A stretch of 64,000 nucleotides of DNA from Neoechinorhynchus agilis. Its lineage: Eukaryota > Animalia > Acanthocephala. The notes beneath the pieces were generated by a model, which was not told where the DNA came from, did no database searches, and saw only the letters and a list, made by a program, of their open reading frames with translations. The position numbers and the translations under genes are program-made. Shown in pieces: positions 60,971-64,000 of this stretch; position 1 is the first letter of the stretch; every line of letters starts with the position of its first letter. The stretch covers positions 7,108,784 to 7,172,783 of the forward strand of contig CM121341.1 of NCBI GenBank assembly GCA_051530055.1, written 5' to 3'.

Positions 60971-62761
60971 TCATGGCGCTAAAAAATCAACACCGTGTAG
61001 CAAGAGTTTAAGATGTATGAGCTCGAAAGCTCCTTCATCAGAATGATTTTCCATCACAAGAGCCCAACATCCACTGGGATCCTCAAACCAGTTTAGAACG
61101 GAAGTAAATGACCACTGATTAAATCCTCGTTCTGTATCTCGATCGTTTAGTCGTCTCAATAACAAAGGAGTTGCTTCTCCGGCAGGTGATTTGAGAAACA
61201 ATTGAAGAGTTCCCCGTTCGGCAGGTCTCTTTCTCATTGGTTTTATGGAAAGCACAACTTCTACATGCTCAAGACTCGTGATTTCAGCTCTACTCTTGGC
61301 ACAGGCCGTTGTACAAATACTTAATGTTACCGTAGACCTTGGCTCGATGATAAGATTGTTGTGTTCGTCGTATTGTTCCGAAGGTCTTACAATGCAGGTG
61401 CGTCTGTTGGGAAGCACCCAATCCTTCCATTTCTCGGCGTATTTAACAAGCAATCCCGCATCAATCATTCCGTATCCAAATGAATCGCTAACTAAAAGAC
61501 CGGCTCCATTTCTCCACCATGTTTTATCATCTGACAGAGGATTCATCATGTTTGGCAATGGTCGAGATGACAAAATAGCAAGGTATTGAACTTGCCTCCA
61601 ACACAATGAAGGATTGGCTTCCAATCCAAGGGCGACTATCCCCGAGAACATTGGAGCAGACACAGACGTTCCCGTATGATGCTCCGTACATGCAGAACCG
61701 AGGTCAGTCGTTATTATTGATCGATCATCGAGAAAATCATTTCCTGAACTGAACGTTGTCGTTAGTATCGCTGGACATCGCTCAGCATAAAGCGGAAAAT
61801 GACCTCGTTCGCTTATGCTACCGACAGCTATGGTGTAAGGAGATGAAACATATCCATCACATGAACAATGATCACGGAAATGTCCTCCATTTCCAGTAGC
61901 AAATACATAGATAACGCCCTTACCTTTACGTCCTTGAGTAACCCCGAGTTCAAGTGCTTTCAAAGCTCCGATATTCGGTCCATCCACAGCTGCGCCGTTG
62001 TCAGCCGGGCCCCATGATCCACTAAAAACGTCCACTTTTGATTCGTTTAAGCCAAAACTAAAAGCCATCGCTTCATGAGCATCGGTCACTATTCCGTCAA
62101 GAAGACGAATTCCTCCGATTCTTGCATTATAAGCAACTCCAACACAACAAAAACTATTGTTCGCTTGTGCAGCCACTACTCCCGCACATCGTGTTCCATG
62201 CTGGTTTTCAGGAGTTGGACGAGGACGTGGATCGGAATCCATCTCGTTCAAATCATAGCTAGCTTCAGGATCATAATTCTTAATCAAATCAAGATGCGTC
62301 CATTCAAGGCCATCATCTATTATGCAAACCCGGACTCCACGTCCAGTATAGCCCATTTTCCAAGCTTCATACACGTTCATTCTCGCAGTATCCGGATGGT
62401 TGTCTTCATTTAAATACCACATATTGGGCCATTGAGCGTCATTGAAAGACCCAACGTTTCTTTTAACCCTTGTTTTGCTATCTTGAACCTGAGCCCATTC
62501 AACGCTTTCGATTTCTCCGTTTAAAAGAGAGCTGAATTTAACGATGTTCGTCGACGAGAAGAGGTAATACGATCCCGCGGAATGGTATACGTTTCCAAGA
62601 AGATCCACATCAAGTAAAGAGCTTATTTCACGTGCCTTCGACGAGTTCTCGGATTTTAAAACCTTCACAAGCACATAAAACAACGATTTGTTTGTTGAAG
62701 TCAGCGAATTAATGTCGGAATGAAGTATTGATGCAATTAAAATAACTATTACCCACCACAT
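60971..62761 (-). CDS. Furin/kexin-type proprotein convertase (S8 plus P domain; no Cys-rich or TM tail), intronless
   Basis: Signal peptide; prodomain ending RVKR; catalytic IIDDG, QHGTRCAG, ATGNGG and HTGTSVSAP; P domain SLEHVEV...W.F...W.EDPSG.W.L. Confidence 0.95.
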   Translation of the reverse strand: MWWVIVILIASILHSDINSLTSTNKSLFYVLVKVLKSENSSKAREISSLLDVDLLGNVYHSAGSYYLFSSTNIVKFSSLLNGEIESVEWAQVQDSKTRVKRNVGSFNDAQWPNMWYLNEDNHPDTARMNVYEAWKMGYTGRGVRVCIIDDGLEWTHLDLIKNYDPEASYDLNEMDSDPRPRPTPENQHGTRCAGVVAAQANNSFCCVGVAYNARIGGIRLLDGIVTDAHEAMAFSFGLNESKVDVFSGSWGPADNGAAVDGPNIGALKALELGVTQGRKGKGVIYVFATGNGGHFRDHCSCDGYVSSPYTIAVGSISERGHFPLYAERCPAILTTTFSSGNDFLDDRSIITTDLGSACTEHHTGTSVSAPMFSGIVALGLEANPSLCWRQVQYLAILSSRPLPNMMNPLSDDKTWWRNGAGLLVSDSFGYGMIDAGLLVKYAEKWKDWVLPNRRTCIVRPSEQYDEHNNLIIEPRSTVTLSICTTACAKSRAEITSLEHVEVVLSIKPMRKRPAERGTLQLFLKSPAGEATPLLLRRLNDRDTERGFNQWSFTSVLNWFEDPSGCWALVMENHSDEGAFELIHLKLLLHGVDFLAP

Positions 62762-63470
62762 TTACGATGCACTTTTTAAAACGATTTAGGATTTTTTGTG
62801 GTTTCATGAAAACAAAAACGGCTCATCGATGCCTTGAAACCTAAACCAATTTTTTTGTTGTTATAAAATAAATGCGTGCGTAAAATAGCGACGATTGATT
62901 TGCTGTGTTTCCAATGCGGATAATCGAACAGGAAACCGTTACCATGGTCATTATTGATTATTGGATTTATGGACTCAAATCCGACGTATAAAGCGTACAC
63001 AATAATCGATCTTTTGGTGAAAACACATCGATATGACTGTTTATGGATATGCCATGTCTTAGAATTGGCCATTTTACATGTCTGCGACATCGCCGGTCAT
63101 GTTCCTTTATTCTGTCAATTTTGTCTTATATAATAGAAGAAGCAGGTCATCATCGTGTTCTTTTCATTGATGACTTTCTAATGCTGCTTGTGCCAAACTG
63201 TCTGCTGGTCAGAAAAGGAAACAGTCGCTCTATTATTAAAGCATTCATCATATTTGGTAAAATTCCTTTCGTTCTTTGGAATTCTTTATGGCAAATGAAA
63301 ACCCATCTTTTATTAGATATTTAGAACGATTTTTTATCAGAATGAGCATAAAAATTCGTAAACTTTTTAAGATAAAATTGCACCTAAAAATCGAGATATG
63401 AAAATAGCGTTGAACGTTAAAATAGAATTGGTCACTTTTATTCAATGATGAAATTCTAAAATAGTTTTTC

Positions 63471-63637
63471 CACCCCTCGGATTCAAAAATTCACTAATTT
63501 ATTTCCCCGATATTTCACCTATGATAATTCCGACATTTCCTCAAGATTTACCAACCAAACATTGAGGAAATGTCGGAATTATCCGAGAGGTGAGATATCG
63601 GGGAAGTAAATTAGTGAATTTTTGAATCCGAGGGGTG
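63471..63637. mobile_element. 167-bp palindromic MITE/foldback element
   Basis: CACCCCTCGGATTCAAAAATTCACTAATTTA...ATAATTCCGACATTTCCTCAA pairs with TTGAGGAAATGTCGGAATTAT...TAAATTAGTGAATTTTTGAATCCGAGGGGTG. Confidence 0.9.
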
Positions 63638-64000
63638 ACAATACTAAGAAAAAGAATAATCCAAAACATCATAAAATTTACTAATTGACTTTGTTCATCT
63701 CAAATGAGAATGTTCGTGGAAATAATTCATAAAATAAGTGATCAGTTTTTCTTAGCGTTTTATTCGACTGCTTAAATCGATGGTCACTTTGTGGCTAAAT
63801 AACAAAATGCGAAATTCAAACAAATAAGTTGTGAATGTCATCAGGAATGTTTAATTATCTTTGCACCTAAAAATATGAGGTCCAAGTTGATGCAATCCGT
63901 TTCAGTTTTAAGGTAATAATTTTAAAAAATGTGTTGTATTATAAAGAATTCGGAACTTACAAAGGATTTTGGCGATTATCTTCGTCTAACACTTGAATAG

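Noticed and set aside
9035-62413. Short ORFs antisense to or overlapping calpain, NTPDase, the zinc-finger gene, protocadherin and the convertase
   Set aside because: Shadow ORFs of real genes, with no motifs; several need non-ATG starts.

Overview
AT-rich eukaryotic genomic DNA from an intron-poor invertebrate animal. The species cannot be identified from sequence alone; a 7-repeat protocadherin and a PDF/calcitonin-receptor-like GPCR suggest a bilaterian. There is no prokaryotic content, rRNA or CRISPR array. About 13 genes are recognisable: a dsRBM plus DZF locus, Ral GTPase, an atypical calpain, a class B GPCR, Rap1GAP, a small single-TM protein, a PB1-ZZ (p62-like) protein, an anoctamin, a CD39-type NTPDase, BORCS8, a C2H2 zinc-finger protein, a calmodulin-like EF-hand protein, a protocadherin and a furin-like convertase. 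Many are intronless; most of the remaining introns are 23-80 nt GT-AG. About one sixth of the window is locus-specific tandem arrays, unrelated in sequence but mostly with 160-190 bp units. The rest of the intergenic DNA holds a tRNA-derived SINE family, MITE/foldback palindromes, decayed Penelope, LINE and Maverick-like fragments, and decayed gene copies (convertase P-domain, PIG-F, possibly cadherin). The most unusual items are: a dsRBM placed upstream of a DZF domain across a TAATG stop-start overlap; a 168-bp satellite that overlaps the 3' end of a gene; a UBA-less p62-like protein with a neutralised ZZ pocket; a duplicated and interrupted anoctamin; and 23- and 29-nt introns. All identifications come from manual translation and motif recall, with no database searches.
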